Counted from the stretch's first letter, positions 19,791 through 30,574 are shown. The stretch: 64,000 nt of DNA from Minisyncoccota bacterium (GCA_041657405.1 JBBABX010000001.1:12152-76151); one strand, 5' to 3'. Numbers and translations are program-made. The notes: generated from the letters alone by a model not told the origin.

Positions 19791-19855
19791 TGGTTTAATC
19801 CAATAGTGTCTCAAATTAAGTCTTTTTTGCTTCAAGCCCCAAGGTCCGTTTGGCT

Positions 19856-19894
19856 AGGTCCGTCCTAGACCAAAAAATGGTCTAGGACGGACCT
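19856..19894. repeat. REP-like inverted repeat (AGGTCCGTCCT core)
   Basis: 17-bp perfect arms aggtccgtcctagacca / tggtctaggacggacct; related half-site at 48554-48567. Confidence 0.65.
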
Positions 19895-19939
19895 GGCCAG
19901 ATTTGTTCTTTTTATTTTAATTTTTAAATTTTAATCTTT

Positions 19940-20046
19940 ACCCCGTTAGAAATCAACCACTTTTTTTCCTCTTTGGGTTCTTTAAGAGTTTGCCATGCTT
20001 TATTTTGTCACCTTAAGTGTATGAAAGTCTCCATTTCTAACGGGGT
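19940..20046. mobile_element. MITE-like element with 14-bp terminal inverted repeats overlapping the murC 3' end
   Basis: accccgttagaaat (19940-19953) and atttctaacggggt (20033-20046) are perfect reverse complements. Confidence 0.55.
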
Positions 20047-21379
20047 TAACTTTCATCTCTTCCCCCACCTTATAGATATCCCCGGCGCCGATGGTCATTA
20101 TCAAATCACCCTCCCCTGTCTCGGTCTTTAGAGCTTCCGCGATTTCAACAAAACTAGTCAGGGCGCGCACATTGGGGTTTTTGACCGCGATAGCTCCAGC
20201 CAAAATTTCAGAACTAATGGTCGGATCGGCCGGTTCACGCGCGGCATAAATCGGCGCCAAAATAATCTCGTCGGCCAAGGCCAGTTTGTCGGCAAAATCT
20301 TCTTTTAAAATTTTGGTGCGACTGTATAAATGAGGCTGAAAAACCGCAATCAGTTTCCCAGTCATTTCACGCTCCGCCATAAACTCGCGCGCACCAGACA
20401 GGGTCGCCTCAAGCTCGGTTGGATGATGTGCGTAATCGTCATAGACCAAAGCACCGGTTTCCATTTCGCCTTTAAATTCAAATCGTCGCCAGGTCCCGGC
20501 AAAGTCACGCAAGGCTTCAATGGCAACTTTCTCATCAATCTGCAAGGTTTCCCCCACCGCCAAAACCGCGCTCGCGTTTAAGAGATTGTGCCGACCCGGG
20601 ACCGTCAGTCCAAAAGCTGATATTTTTTCAAAATATTTTTTGTAATCAATAATTGTCGCTTTCGCTTGCGCCAAAACCGGCTTTAAACGCGGATCATTTT
20701 TGTCACAAATCACAAAACCGTCCGCCGGCACCTTGGACGCAAACTCCGCAAAGGCCGACTGAATATCGACCAAGTCTTTGTAGTAGTCCAAGTGATCATT
20801 ATCAATATTGGTAATGACCGCAATCTTTGGTGACAAATTAAGAAACGATCGTTGATACTCGCAAGCCTCCACCACCAGATATTCGCTATTACCAGCGATA
20901 AAATTGGTTCCCCCCGAAAAAGCATCGTCCACACTCTTGCTTTTTAGCAAACTGCCAACCACCACCGTCGGTGACAGGTCGGCCGCCAACATCATTTCCG
21001 CCACCATGGCTGTGGTAGTAGTTTTGCCATGAGTGCCAGCGATGGCAATGGTATATTTTTCGGCCGAAATTAAACCAAGCGCTTGCGGATAAGTGAGGCA
21101 CGTAATTCCCTTAGTGTGCGCGGTCACCAATTCTGGATTATCATCAGGAATGGCAATAGTATAAACAACCAAGTCAATATCCGGCGCAATATTCTCGGCT
21201 ACTTGTTGATAAAAAATCTTAACGCCTAGTTTTTCCAGTTCTTCAGTCACAAAAGACGACGCGCGGTCTGAACCGGACACTTGTTTGCCCTCACCCAAAA
21301 ACATCCGCGCCAAAGCTGACATTCCGATACCGCCAATGCCGATAAAATGAATTTTTTGGCTGGTTGTGATGATGGACAT
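20000..21379 (-). CDS. murC: UDP-N-acetylmuramate--L-alanine ligase
   Basis: HFIGIGGIGMSALA, GTHGKTTTT, DDYAHHPTE, FQPHLYSRT. Confidence 0.97.
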   Translation of the reverse strand: MSIITTSQKIHFIGIGGIGMSALARMFLGEGKQVSGSDRASSFVTEELEKLGVKIFYQQVAENIAPDIDLVVYTIAIPDDNPELVTAHTKGITCLTYPQALGLISAEKYTIAIAGTHGKTTTTAMVAEMMLAADLSPTVVVGSLLKSKSVDDAFSGGTNFIAGNSEYLVVEACEYQRSFLNLSPKIAVITNIDNDHLDYYKDLVDIQSAFAEFASKVPADGFVICDKNDPRLKPVLAQAKATIIDYKKYFEKISAFGLTVPGRHNLLNASAVLAVGETLQIDEKVAIEALRDFAGTWRRFEFKGEMETGALVYDDYAHHPTELEATLSGAREFMAEREMTGKLIAVFQPHLYSRTKILKEDFADKLALADEIILAPIYAAREPADPTISSEILAGAIAVKNPNVRALTSFVEIAEALKTETGEGDLIMTIGAGDIYKVGEEMKVNPVRNGDFHTLKVTK

Positions 21380-21472
21380 TACCCTATTATAAGCTAAGCT
21401 TTTAAGCTTTTATAGTTGACCAAAGTTTTTATTATGTTATGGTGTGCAAAGATTTAACCAGGAGGAAAAAGG

Positions 21473-21643
21473 ATGGGCACAAAAACCAAGCCTCGGAATA
21501 TTTTTGACGAAGTTTCTGAATACTTCGACAAAAATGGTAGTCTGCCGACACATATCCCGCCTGAACATTTGAGGGAACTGCGTGACGCTGTGAACCCCAA
21601 GACCGCCCTCGGTAAGGCCCTATATAAAAACTACCCTTACTGA
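21473..21643 (+). CDS. 56-aa orphan protein with own promoter, SD and terminator (below ORF-track cutoff)
   Basis: MGTKTKPRNIFDEVSEYFDKNGSLPTHIPPEHLRELRDAVNPKTALGKALYKNYPY; AGGAGG at 21460-21465; TTGACC upstream; hairpin aaaccgacc/ggtcggttt at 21665-21687. Confidence 0.6.
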   Translation: MGTKTKPRNIFDEVSEYFDKNGSLPTHIPPEHLRELRDAVNPKTALGKALYKNYPY

Positions 21644-21691
21644 AAACGAAATTCCCTCTCGCCAAACCGACCTCTGTGGTCGGTTTATTTT

Positions 21692-22174
21692 TTAATTTAG
21701 ATCAGAGTGGTTGTATATCGCCAAAATCTCTCTGTAAGACAATTGATCTTTGTCGCCATATGTATAATGGTTTTTGGCAATGATTTTTTTCTCAGTACTA
21801 TTTGAGATCGCCATTTCATTACCTAAATAAAAACCGATATGTTGATGATTATGACTGTTATCCAGTGGCTTATCCCAAACAATAACACAACCCGGTTTTA
21901 GGTCATCGGTTTTTTCCCAACCGGCCTTTTCCAACGCCGTGATTGTCCCGTTAACCGTCGCATGTAAGCGATCAATCAATCCAAAAATCGCCAAGAGGCT
22001 CGATACATAAAAAGCACAGGAAAGTTTGCCGTCTTCCAGAATATCTTTCTCCTCACCATCCACTTTGGCATAGAGATGACGGAACATCTCAGTTCCCACG
22101 CTTGCCTCAATGACGGCCAAAAAAGATTTTAAAGTCAGTGGCTTAATTATTTTGTCTTTATTCTTCTCTTCCAT
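21692..22174 (-). CDS. Hypothetical protein, possible NlpC/P60 or CHAP-like cysteine amidase
   Basis: SCAFYVS...PGCVIVW...HIGFY has papain-like Cys/His spacing; lies between murD and murC. Confidence 0.55.
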   Translation of the reverse strand: MEEKNKDKIIKPLTLKSFLAVIEASVGTEMFRHLYAKVDGEEKDILEDGKLSCAFYVSSLLAIFGLIDRLHATVNGTITALEKAGWEKTDDLKPGCVIVWDKPLDNSHNHQHIGFYLGNEMAISNSTEKKIIAKNHYTYGDKDQLSYREILAIYNHSDLN

Positions 22175-22212
22175 TTTACATTTTAATTCCCTATTCAATA
22201 TTCCATATTCTA

Positions 22213-23610
22213 CTATATTCTCTTCACTTGCTTATTAAATTGATCCCCCCGATCGTACTCATTCTTGAACACCCCAAAACTCGCTGCGCCAGGCGACAAA
22301 AGCACAACATCTCCCCGCTTGGCCTTGGATTTAGCCCAAGCAAAAGCCTCTTTCATATTATCAAAAACCCTAATCGCCTCCCTGGAGAGGGTAACCCTCT
22401 CCTCAGAGCCCTGGAGAGGGTTACCCTCTCCAGGGCCTCCTTCTGTTAAGAATTTTAGGATTTTATCAGTCGCCGTACCACGAAACAGCGCCAGGGCTTT
22501 GATATTTTGTCTGACCACTTTGATATAAGTAGTGTAGTCCAGATTTTTGTCGGCTCCGCCACCTAACAAAATAATTTTGCCTTTGTACTTTTTGAGCGCT
22601 TCTAAGGCGGCCAAGACCGCATCCGGCGTGGTGGCATTGGTGTCGTTATAATATTTGACTCCGCCTTTGTCGGCAATTAATTCCAACCGCCCCGACAAGC
22701 CCGGAAACTCGGCAATCGCTTTTTTGCTAATCTTGTCAGGTACACCCAGTTCGCGCGCGGCCGCAACGGCTAGGGCAATGTTCTCTACATTATGTTCGCC
22801 CAGCAAGTTGTGTTTCCAACTGGCTGGCAAATCACTTTTTTTGATAATTTTAAATCGCCCTTTAATACCCGCCTTGTCTTTTTCTTTAATCACCTTGGCG
22901 GCTTGCGGTCGCGCGAGCAAAATATCAGCTTTAGTTTGCCAACGATAAATATTCGCCTTGTCGGCAAAATACTTTTCCATGCTGTCCTTATAGTAATTTT
23001 GATGGTCATTCAAAAAAGTGGTAAACAAGGCAAGGTGTGGACTAATCCGGCTTTCGCCAAAACCTTGCAATTGCCAGGAATCAAGTTCCATCACGACAAA
23101 ATCGCCTGGTTTAACTTTTTTAAGCAAAGGCAAAGTTGCAATTCCCTTAACATTACCTCCTAAATAAACCCTCTTATCACCAAAATTTTCTTTTAAAATT
23201 TCACATAATAAATGAGTCACCATACTCTTGCCACGCGTGCCAGTTACACCAACAATTTTTACTCCGGCTGGTGCTAATTTTACAAAAAGCGAGGCATCCA
23301 TTTCTACTGAGATTTTGCATTTCTTGGCCTCGGCAATAAACGGCGAATCAAGTGGCACACCAGCAGCTTTAATTATCATGTCGCGGTCTTGAAAATCTTT
23401 AAGTTTATGTTCGCCAAGAATATATTTTATATTTTTGAAACTAGTTAGTTTTTTGAGCGAAGGAGCCAATTGTTCTTTTGTCTTCAAATCAGTCACAACC
23501 AGATCGGCATTATTTTCGGCCAAAAACTTAACCACCCCAATCCCCCTTCCCAAGAGACCAAGACCCATCACGGTGATTTTTCGCCCTTGAAAATAACTTT
23601 TATAGTCCAT
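22213..23610 (-). CDS. murD: UDP-N-acetylmuramoyl-L-alanine--D-glutamate ligase (with in-frame REP insertion)
   Basis: GVTGTRGKS, YYNDTNATTP, LLSPGAASFG.FKNE..RG; start trimmed to MDYKSY. Confidence 0.95.
   Translation of the reverse strand: MDYKSYFQGRKITVMGLGLLGRGIGVVKFLAENNADLVVTDLKTKEQLAPSLKKLTSFKNIKYILGEHKLKDFQDRDMIIKAAGVPLDSPFIAEAKKCKISVEMDASLFVKLAPAGVKIVGVTGTRGKSMVTHLLCEILKENFGDKRVYLGGNVKGIATLPLLKKVKPGDFVVMELDSWQLQGFGESRISPHLALFTTFLNDHQNYYKDSMEKYFADKANIYRWQTKADILLARPQAAKVIKEKDKAGIKGRFKIIKKSDLPASWKHNLLGEHNVENIALAVAAARELGVPDKISKKAIAEFPGLSGRLELIADKGGVKYYNDTNATTPDAVLAALEALKKYKGKIILLGGGADKNLDYTTYIKVVRQNIKALALFRGTATDKILKFLTEGGPGEGNPLQGSEERVTLSREAIRVFDNMKEAFAWAKSKAKRGDVVLLSPGAASFGVFKNEYDRGDQFNKQVKRI
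22380..22436. repeat. REP doublet inside murD coding sequence
   Basis: GGAGAGGGTAACCCTCTCC (22384-22402) and GGAGAGGGTTACCCTCTCC (22413-22431); same core as the palindromes flanking the transposase. Confidence 0.9.
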
Positions 23611-23669
23611 AAAGAACATTTTAGCACAAGAAAAACTTAGGTAAAAACTCCGCCGAAGCGGGGTTCCTG

Positions 23670-23743
23670 TGCGCATGGTAGGACTCGAACCTACGACCTC
23701 GTCATTATCAGTGACGCGCTCTAACCACCTGAGCTACACGCGC
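23670..23743 (-). tRNA. tRNA-Ile (GAU), CCA not encoded
   Basis: Cloverleaf gcgcgtg...catgcgc-a; anticodon arm cgtca-ctGATaa-tgacg; GTTCGAGT T-loop. Confidence 0.95.
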
Positions 23744-23882
23744 AAAATTTAAGCCAAAAGTTAAGAATAAAAAATCTTAACTCCGACTTTCCTTAGGAAT
23801 ATACCAAAAAAACAAGTCAAAAACAAGTCAAAAAAGACCCGCATCAATTGTGACACGGGTCAAGAGGAATGTAACAAAGAAT

Positions 23883-24191
23883 TTATCTGAACCCTTTGTC
23901 ACGAAGTCGTTCGGCCTCCATTTCTTCATTAGAGGCATTGGGCCTCCAATATGGGGACACAACTAAAACCCGAAATTTCTCAGGTTCTCCAAACCTTGAA
24001 ACGTAAGATTGGTAATCATATTCCACCAATTTTCCGTCTTCCGAGATTCTTACCCCTAGACGGTTATCTAGAGAATCAATAAGAACCTCTGGTTGGTTCA
24101 GAACTTGAAAATAGATGGTGAAAAAGATCCCTGCAATAACTAACAGGCCAATTACCGAAACACCATCAAAAAGAAGCTCTCTGGTTTTCAT
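23883..24191 (-). CDS. Orphan single-TM protein with own promoter and SD
   Basis: MKTRELL start preceded by AAGGAG; TTGACT-17-TATAAT at 24233-24261. Confidence 0.65.
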   Translation of the reverse strand: MKTRELLFDGVSVIGLLVIAGIFFTIYFQVLNQPEVLIDSLDNRLGVRISEDGKLVEYDYQSYVSRFGEPEKFRVLVVSPYWRPNASNEEMEAERLRDKGFR

Positions 24192-24319
24192 TTTTTCTCT
24201 CCTTTTTTTACTCAAAATCCATTCTAAGTTTAATTATATCATAATCAGTCTTAAAAGTCAACTAAAATTTAAAACCTTTGGAGACCAAAAAACCGTTTGG
24301 AACAAAGTTCCAAACGGTT

Positions 24320-24535
24320 TCAGGGTTGTTTAGACTTCAAACCTAATCTTAAATCATACAGATATTGATTTAGACCATAACCAGGTCTTCTGGCTACAAG
24401 AAAATAGTTACGACGGCGCTGAACAAATTTAGCGCACACTCCGCAAAAAATTTTATCTTCACCATCAGCCCTGATTATCGCTCCCCATTCGGACCCAAAG
24501 AGTTTCCCACACTTTGAACATCGTGCCATGCTCAT
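24320..24535 (-). CDS. Small CxxC...CxxC zinc-finger orphan with own promoter, SD and terminator
   Basis: CSKC and CGVC; AAGGAGG 5 nt before ATG; TTGCTT-17-TATGAT at 24587-24615; hairpin 24289-24320. Confidence 0.65.
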   Translation of the reverse strand: MSMARCSKCGKLFGSEWGAIIRADGEDKIFCGVCAKFVQRRRNYFLVARRPGYGLNQYLYDLRLGLKSKQP

Positions 24536-24880
24536 TTCAACCTCCTTGTTTTGTAAATCTTAGGTCTGGAAGAACTTTCTATTTTTATCATAAAATTTTT
24601 TAACTCATTAAGCAACAATGTCTAACCAATAAAAACACCTTTTTTTCAGGAGGTGTTTTTTGTTTAAGCATTACAATTTTTTTAGGATATTATCTTTTCT
24701 TCTGTTCCGTTTCCCAATTTAACGATTAAGGGGTATCGAGTTCCTTGTTGTTTCGATTTCTTCGAAAAAAACCGAAAGAGTGCGGAGAACTATCACTCTC
24801 GCCATGTCAATAAATTGACATGGCGATCGACCAGTCAGGCCATTAGCCGTTAAACGGCAAGATCTGACCAGTTCAATTTG

Positions 24881-26375
<1,495 letters not shown>

Positions 26376-26671
26376 AATATCCGCTTTTTGCTAAAGCTTA
26401 AGCAAGATATTGAAATTTGCATCACTTATAATAGTGGCAAATTTCATAAACGGAACAGAAGAAAAAATAATATTGCTTCTGAGATTTGGCTTTTTCTCGG
26501 TTACTGACACCGAGAAAAGTATTTTGCTGACTTTGCCTTGTCAGTGTTCATCCAGAACACAGATAGGCTTCAGCTTTTACTTGTTTCCAAGTTAAGCTGA
26601 TTTTGTAATGCTTTGATATTAAATTGACAATGAACCCAACAAACGACTATTTATTTATAGCCTTGTTTCTT

Positions 26672-26699
26672 ATTATATATAGTAAAAACAGAAAGTCAA
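26672..26699 (-). promoter_or_regulatory. 16S rRNA promoter
   Basis: TTGACT-16 bp-TATAAT about 300 bp upstream of the 16S 5' end. Confidence 0.7.
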
Positions 26700-26831
26700 C
26701 CCTGTAAACCGAGAACGACAACGACCAAGAATTTATGGTCTTCAAACTCAAATAAATCAATCAGTAAAAAAATAAGGACTCTTCCTAAAATGACTGTTAT
26801 TAATTTAATAGGACAAACTAATCAAAATTAT

Positions 26832-27731
26832 TTAATTTTTTTTAGTTTGCCAAACTTGCCAACTAACTAAAAGATTGGAAGCAATAAAGACTGAAGAATA
26901 TGTGCCGATAATCATACCCACCAAAAGAATTAAAGCAAAGTAAAAAGTAGAAGCTGGGCCAAATATCAATAAAGCCGTCAAAACAGCAACGATAACAATT
27001 GTTGTGTTGATTGACCGAATATAAGTTTCGCGCAAACTAACCCCTACAACTTCTTCAAATTTAACATTTGGATGTCGATGAAGATTTTCCCGAATTCGAT
27101 CAAAAACCACAATTGTATCATTTACTGACAAACCTAGAATAGTCAAAAGGGCAGTCAGAAAAAGAGCATCGGCTTCTGCTCCTTGAAAATGTCCAAGCAA
27201 AGCCATCGCTCCAGCTGAAATTATTACGTCATGGGACAGAGCGACAATTGCCGTCATTCCATATTTCCAAGACTTTACAAAATGTCTGGAAACTTGACGA
27301 AAGACAAACGCAATATACAGAATAATCAACAACGCCACTAGCACAATGGCGATTAGCCCCTTATTGCGAAGCTCTTTACCTAAAGTCGGACCAATATCGC
27401 TAAATCTTTCTTGGGTAAAAGTTTCTTTACCCTCAAAAGTTAGAACATCAAACAAAACATCTTTTTCAGTTTCAGAAATATTTCGTAATTTAAAAGTATA
27501 ACTTTGTTCACCAGTAGGTTGGATTAAAACATTTCCCCAATCTAATTTTTCAACAGCAGTTGATACTTTATCAAATTCTGGTCTTTCTTCCTGGTATTTT
27601 ATTTCAATCAATGTGCCCCCGGTAAAATCTATCCCCAAATTAAGTCCATAATGGATAATCGCAAAAATTGACAGGGTCAACATTGCTAATGAGAGAACAT
27701 AAAATATTTTTCTGTGTTTAACGATCATCAT
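26832..27731 (-). CDS. secF: Protein translocase subunit SecF
   Basis: LGIDFTGG, SVNDTIVVFDRIRE, GTYSSVFIA. Confidence 0.96.
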   Translation of the reverse strand: MMIVKHRKIFYVLSLAMLTLSIFAIIHYGLNLGIDFTGGTLIEIKYQEERPEFDKVSTAVEKLDWGNVLIQPTGEQSYTFKLRNISETEKDVLFDVLTFEGKETFTQERFSDIGPTLGKELRNKGLIAIVLVALLIILYIAFVFRQVSRHFVKSWKYGMTAIVALSHDVIISAGAMALLGHFQGAEADALFLTALLTILGLSVNDTIVVFDRIRENLHRHPNVKFEEVVGVSLRETYIRSINTTIVIVAVLTALLIFGPASTFYFALILLVGMIIGTYSSVFIASNLLVSWQVWQTKKN

Positions 27732-27735
27732 ATTT

Positions 27736-29163
27736 TTATTTAAAAAAAGCAGAATCAAACAAGAATTTGGAGAACCCGACCCGATTGCGAAAACCAAATG
27801 CTAAAAGCAAAGTTCTGGTTACGGTAATTGCCGTAAACATACTAACCACAATACCAATCATTAACGTTAAGGCAAAACCCTTAATCAAGCTGGTTCCAAA
27901 CCAGAACAAGATAGCTGCCGAAATTAAACTGGACAAATTAGAATCCCGAATAGACATCCAAGCGCGGGAAAAACCTTCTTTTATAGATTCTATCAAACCC
28001 TTACCGACAGCAATTTCTTCTTTCATTCGCTCAAAAATGAGAATGTTGGCATCAATCGCAATGCCGATTGAAAGAATAAAACCAGCCATACCAGCTGCTG
28101 TTAAGGTAACTGGCATTAATTTAAAAATCGAAAGCATCAAAACAACGTAAAAAGCCAACGCAAAAACAGAAACCAAACCAGGCAAACGATACCACAAAAT
28201 CATAAAAACAGAAACAATCAGCAACCCAATCAAACCAGCTCCAATTCCTTTCTGAATAGCTTCTTCGCCCAGGGTGGCACCAACTACTTGTGTTGACGCT
28301 AAGGTGATCGGCACCGGCAAAGCGCCGAGATTTAAATCGCGAGTTAGAGATTTTGCCTCTTCAACAGTAAACTGACCACTGATTTCTGCTTGACCATCAT
28401 TAATTTCTTCCCGCACAATAGGAGCTGAAATTAAAATCTTGTCCAAAAAGATACCTATTGGCTTACCAATATTAGCTTTGGTTAAATTAGCAAAAAGTTG
28501 GCTACCTTCACGATTAAATTCAATTAAAATAGAAGGGCTTAAAGAATTTTGATTAAATATCACCTGCGCTTTTTTTAAATAACGACCAGTCAACTTGGTT
28601 TCTTCAAAATCAGGGTCTTGTTTTAGCAAATTCAAAGTTTCTTGACCAAACTCATCAAGCAACATTGCTTCCGCCACAACCGCAGGCGTTGTAGTTGGGA
28701 TATTTGAAATATAAACTTGAACTTTTTCTTGAGCTGCTAAAATCGCTTCTCGTTCCGGACTAGTGGTTGCGCGCTCTACGCGAAATTCTAAAATTGGCGT
28801 CTCACTAATCATCTCCGTCGCTTCTTCAATGTCAGTCACCCCTGGCAATTCTACAATTAATTGATTTTGTTCTATTCCACTAATGGCTGAGTGTTCTATT
28901 TGCACAACCGGCTCAGACACCCCAAAAACATTTACCCGCCGATCAATCACTTCACGCAAAGAAGCCATCGCGTCAGAAATGTTAGATGGTTCAAGTTGAG
29001 AGACATCCGCAACGTAAGTTAAACGACTTCCTCCTGACAAATCCAAACCAAGCTTAAAGGGGTAGTAAAAAGGTCCTTCTGAATTTTCTGAATAGTAAAC
29101 AAAAAACCCCAAGGTCAAACCCGCCAAAACTAACAAAATAGCAGTTAAACGTGTTTTATTCAT
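27736..29163 (-). CDS. secD: Protein translocase subunit SecD
   Basis: LGLDLSGG, DANILIFERMKEE. Confidence 0.96.
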   Translation of the reverse strand: MNKTRLTAILLVLAGLTLGFFVYYSENSEGPFYYPFKLGLDLSGGSRLTYVADVSQLEPSNISDAMASLREVIDRRVNVFGVSEPVVQIEHSAISGIEQNQLIVELPGVTDIEEATEMISETPILEFRVERATTSPEREAILAAQEKVQVYISNIPTTTPAVVAEAMLLDEFGQETLNLLKQDPDFEETKLTGRYLKKAQVIFNQNSLSPSILIEFNREGSQLFANLTKANIGKPIGIFLDKILISAPIVREEINDGQAEISGQFTVEEAKSLTRDLNLGALPVPITLASTQVVGATLGEEAIQKGIGAGLIGLLIVSVFMILWYRLPGLVSVFALAFYVVLMLSIFKLMPVTLTAAGMAGFILSIGIAIDANILIFERMKEEIAVGKGLIESIKEGFSRAWMSIRDSNLSSLISAAILFWFGTSLIKGFALTLMIGIVVSMFTAITVTRTLLLAFGFRNRVGFSKFLFDSAFFK

Positions 29164-29261
29164 ACTTGGTTTATTATAAGCATAATTTTAAATAACGCAA
29201 ACACTCTAAAACGATCAAAACGCCCAATTTCCTAAAATATTGAGCGTCTTGTCACTAGAAT

Positions 29262-29783
29262 TTAAGTTGCTTGGATATCAATTTTTAACCTGCTCAAAAC
29301 AAAAATCAACCCATACCCCACCAAACTTCCCAAGAGCCAACCGCTCAAGACATCTAAGGGATAATGAACCCCTGCCATGATTCTAGCCAAGCCAACTACC
29401 AACGCGGCTCCAAAAAAAATAATCCCTATTTTTTTGTCTTGCGACCATAGAGCAACCGCTAAGGCAGACATAAACGTCGCATGTCCAGACGGCCAGGCAT
29501 CACCAAGATTAGTTGTAATTATGGGAACAATCCCTAAAATTTCAAAAGGTCTTGGATTAAAGAGGTTATACTTAAATAAATTAGTCAAAAACCAAGCCCC
29601 TAAAGCCGCAGCTAGAGATAAAAAGATAATCCTCAAAACTCTTAGTCTATGTTTAGAGACTAAGAACCAAATAATAAGACCCAAACCCAAAAACCAAGGC
29701 AAAAGACTGGCTAAAAAATAGACCGGCCACGATCCCAGTTTTTGACCTAAATAATAAAACCAAAAAAATATTTGCTCATTCAT
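29262..29783 (-). CDS. PAP2-family phosphatase (undecaprenyl-diphosphatase-like)
   Basis: K...PRP, PSGH, R...GVHYPLDV. Confidence 0.9.
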   Translation of the reverse strand: MNEQIFFWFYYLGQKLGSWPVYFLASLLPWFLGLGLIIWFLVSKHRLRVLRIIFLSLAAALGAWFLTNLFKYNLFNPRPFEILGIVPIITTNLGDAWPSGHATFMSALAVALWSQDKKIGIIFFGAALVVGLARIMAGVHYPLDVLSGWLLGSLVGYGLIFVLSRLKIDIQAT

Positions 29784-30562
29784 TAATTTAATTCAGCTAG
29801 ATTTTTGAACAGACAGGCAATTGTAAGCGGACCCACCCCACCTGGTACCGGTGTAAAAATTGAGCAACGCAAAGCACAGGCTGGTTCAGCATCGCCTAAT
29901 AATCTACCCTCAGCCTCACTAGTGGCGGCATCAATTAACACAACTCCTTCTTTTAACATTCCCACCTTAAGAAGACCGGGTTTCCCAGCTCCACTAACAA
30001 TCAAATCGGCTTGGGCAATTATTGTCGTAGAATTTTTTGTCGCCAAATCTACTATCTCTACGATAGCGCCGTTTTGCGTCAACCACAATGCGGCTGGTTT
30101 CCCCACTAAACGTCCCCTACCAACTACCACAGCTCTTTTACCCTCAATTGAAACTTGATTTCTTGTCAAAATTTCCTTTATCGCCGCCACAACAGGCGGC
30201 AAAACTCTAGCTTCCGATGTTAAAGCATCAACATCCTTTTCTGACGGAATCAAGGCTAGCAATTTTTCCGTCGCCAAATGTTTTGGTAAGGGCAATTGAA
30301 CAACAATTCCATTGATTGAGCCGTCGTTTGCCAATTTGTGTAATTGTTCAACCAATCCATCTTCAGAAACATCATCAGCAAACTTATAAACAATCGTCTC
30401 AACCCCGACTGCCTCACCAAATTTTTGTTTACGCGAAAGATACTTGGCCGACACAATATCATCGCCTACCGATACTATTGCCAACTTGAGATTTCGCCCA
30501 ATTAATTTTTCTTTTAATTCTTTTTTTATATCTTCGGCTATTTGTCGTCCATCAATAATCAT
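29783..30562 (-). CDS. folD: Methylenetetrahydrofolate dehydrogenase/cyclohydrolase
   Basis: IIDGR, VQLPLP, KDVD, TPVPGGVGPLT. Confidence 0.95.
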   Translation of the reverse strand: MIIDGRQIAEDIKKELKEKLIGRNLKLAIVSVGDDIVSAKYLSRKQKFGEAVGVETIVYKFADDVSEDGLVEQLHKLANDGSINGIVVQLPLPKHLATEKLLALIPSEKDVDALTSEARVLPPVVAAIKEILTRNQVSIEGKRAVVVGRGRLVGKPAALWLTQNGAIVEIVDLATKNSTTIIAQADLIVSGAGKPGLLKVGMLKEGVVLIDAATSEAEGRLLGDAEPACALRCSIFTPVPGGVGPLTIACLFKNLAELN

Positions 30563-30574
30563 ATTTATTCTTAT

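Noticed and set aside
21432-21665. 77-aa minus-strand ORF
   Set aside because: The plus-strand 56-aa ORF has promoter, SD and terminator support; this is its shadow
23611-23676. N-terminal extension of murD in the ORF track
   Set aside because: Overlaps tRNA-Ile and its downstream hairpin; start at 23610 fits better
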